Part shown: in pieces, positions 61,806 to 64,000 of the stretch
Layout: every line of letters begins with the position of its first letter
Numbering within the stretch: the stretch's first letter is position 1
Assembly: GCF_032191835.1 (NCBI RefSeq)
Contig: NC_083228.1
Coordinates: 24,056,001-24,120,000, forward strand
Source: Heteronotia binoei
Taxonomy: Eukaryota
DNA: 64,000 nt
Reading direction: 5' to 3'
The notes under the pieces: model-generated
Databases searched by the model: none
What the model was told of the DNA's origin: nothing
The model's input: only the letters and a program-made list of their open reading frames with translations
Position numbers and translations under genes: made by a program

Positions 61806-62939
61806 CTCACAATGCCAAGACCACGGCCACACAGCCCAGGAAATCTACAACGGTCAATGGACTCTGGCTGTGAAAGCCTTCAACAACATATTGAATGTAC
61901 CTTGTTTGCAATGCCTGTTGGCAGTCAAATCGAGCAGCTCATACAACCACTTGCAATTCAAAGCAAACAGAATTTCAAGCAATACTGTACATGTGAGAAG
62001 CATGTAATGTTAATTTGTAAATTCATCCCTCTCCCTTTGGAGTACAGGGTAATGTACACACTGCCGTATCTTACTATATATATAAAACAATTTTATTTTG
62101 TAAGTATAAAAGATAAAAGTACAATACACTCTTGTGCATACACACAACAAGCATCCAGTGCCATTCTCCTTGTTTTAAGTGTTGCTATATTTGAAGTTTC
62201 GAATTAGCATTTATCGTTGCAAGCATCATTTGCAAGCACTGTTACTCAGCAGCACTACTTTGCATCTTTACAAAAGTTGTTCTTTGCTCCTGCCCAGATA
62301 TACACATGGATGACGGTGCATTTTTTATTCCTGCCACTTTGATGCCCAGATTCCTATTTTAGTTGTGCAAATTGAACCAGCAGCTGTATTTTCCATGCCA
62401 TTTTCTGTTTCTTTGCTCTGAATTTTCCTTGTAAGAGGTACACATTTTTTCCAGTGTTATTTCTGAGTTACCAGAGAACTTGAATACCCAGTGTTCTTCC
62501 AGTGAGCTTCATTTGACCAAATACTGATTTGAACCCAGGTATCCCCACTCCAAGTTGGACATTCTAGCCAGTTATATGACACTAGAGATTTGTAAATAGC
62601 ATTCATTTTGCCATCAGAGTTTTAATAAATAAACATATGACATCTTCACAGCTGTTTTATTAGAAGGATATCAGAAGTGGGGGACCAGTTTCTCAGTTTA
62701 ACAGAGAATTGTGACTTTTAGCATTGTTTTTGGTAGCAAACCACTTGGAAGACATAAATACATAATTGGCTTATATTTGTCTCTCTGTCTGGCAGATGTT
62801 ACTTTGTCCTCACAGATTTCTTTCTACTGATTAATTAGTTTTGGCAGTCAGCTGCCTCAAATTGCATTTCTGAATCATTACAAACATATTTTCTCCTTTT
62901 AACTGCAATATTAGGAAAGGACATAATGGCTGAAATATC

Positions 62940-63227
62940 TAGGGATGGGCACAAACTGACTCATGAATGTAAGTTTGTGAAGAATTTTAGCTGGTCCATG
63001 GTTTGTGAGCCAAAATTCCATGAATTTTAAGGTAGTTTTATGCTCGGAGCCATTTAGACCCTTGCTTTCTGCTCCCCACCAAAAGCAGTGGGGAGCAGAA
63101 AGCAGGGGTCACAAATATCTACAAGCTGGTTCAGTTCGCAGCCCAGCCTCCTAGTGTGTATCGGTGCATGGTTCAGTTTGTAGTTTGGCCACAAACCAAA
63201 ACAAAATGTGGTTCATGCCCATCCCTA
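62940..63227. mobile_element. hAT MITE
   Basis: TIRs TAGGGATGGGCA / TGCCCATCCCTA; 8-bp TSD GAAATATC (62932-62939 / 63228-63235). Confidence 0.88.
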
Positions 63228-63812
63228 GAAATATCACTGGAGATAACAGCAATAATTTCTGATCGTGATGTATGAATTTATGTGTAATTGTGTCTGTAAG
63301 CACTAAGTGAAAGCTCAAAGCTGTGCATATTTTTCTTTTTTTGTTGAAGATGATGTGTCATTTTCCATTATTATTAGGAAGAGGACCAGATTATGGAAGG
63401 ACAGGAAAGAACTGAGGAGAATGGGGAATTTATCTGCTCAGTTTCCCCACAAGCTCTAGTTGATTTTTAACAGGGATTAAATTTTAAACCTGGAAGAGGC
63501 TGAAGGGCCAGCAATATTGTCTCCACCCACTGACACTCCTATTTTATTTATTTAAATATTTATAACCTGCTTTTCTCATGGCTCAAGGAAGTTTACAAAT
63601 CATGATTTAAAACATCAAAATTTAAAACATCCAAAATAAAAGCCAAATTAAAAGCTCTGGCAACTAAAATGGCCATGCAGCACCTCCTGAAATTTAGCGT
63701 TGCCAGATTCTAGGTGGGATCTGGTGATCTTCTGGAATTTAACTGCTCCCAAGTATACAGAGATCACTTCCCTTGGGGGAACAATGGCAGCTTTGGAGGA
63801 TGGACTCTATGA

Positions 63813-64000
63813 TAGCGATCCCCAACCTTTTTGGCACCAGGGACTGGTTTTGTGGAAGACAATTTTTCCACGGACCAGGAGGAAGGGGATGGTTTCAGGA
63901 TGATACAATTGTGCACTTTATTTCTATCATTGCATTGCAATATATAATGAAATAACTACAAAACTTATGGCCTGGTTGTTAACAGGCCATGGCCTGGTAC
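63813..64000 (+). mobile_element. hAT-Charlie-like MITE, running off the window end
   Basis: CCCCAACCTTTTTGGCACCAGGGACTGGTTTTGTGGAAGACAATTTTTCCACGG 5' end, inserted in another MITE remnant (about 63695-63812). Confidence 0.7.

Larger units (their letters stand above)
61600..61889. mobile_element. inverted pair of Penelope pseudo-LTRs
   Basis: Arms of about 113 bp (61600-61712 / 61742-61855), continuing into GGCTGTGAAAGCCTTCAACAA, a PLE-type terminus. Confidence 0.75.

Overview
Eukaryotic, repeat-rich, mostly intronic or intergenic DNA from a squamate reptile, probably a gecko. This call is inferred from the Sauria/Squam-type SINEs, BovB, CR1 copies with (TATGTTCT)n tails and small hAT MITEs. 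There is no prokaryotic operon, CRISPR array or true RNA gene. No host protein could be identified; there are only a few weak + strand splice-site and exon candidates. Main elements: a full-length RTE-BovB with a 12-bp TSD (14630-17804), a full-length CR1 with an esterase-type ORF1 and a tandem-monomer 5' end (about 33315-37940, -), a degraded Penelope RT, L2 and CR1 fragments, two related solo LTRs, and many SINEs and MITEs with TSDs. The top finding is a complete 1.6-kb L1-ORF1-only (half-L1/HAL1-like) retroposon with an open 316-aa ORF1, no ORF2, AATAAA plus poly(A), and a 13-bp TSD at a TT/AAAA site (58948-60557, -). Also notable are an inverted pair of Penelope-type minimal hammerhead ribozyme motifs (61600-61889) and a possible HDV-like ribozyme fold starting at the first base of the BovB. 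Family names come from motif recognition by eye, not from database searches.
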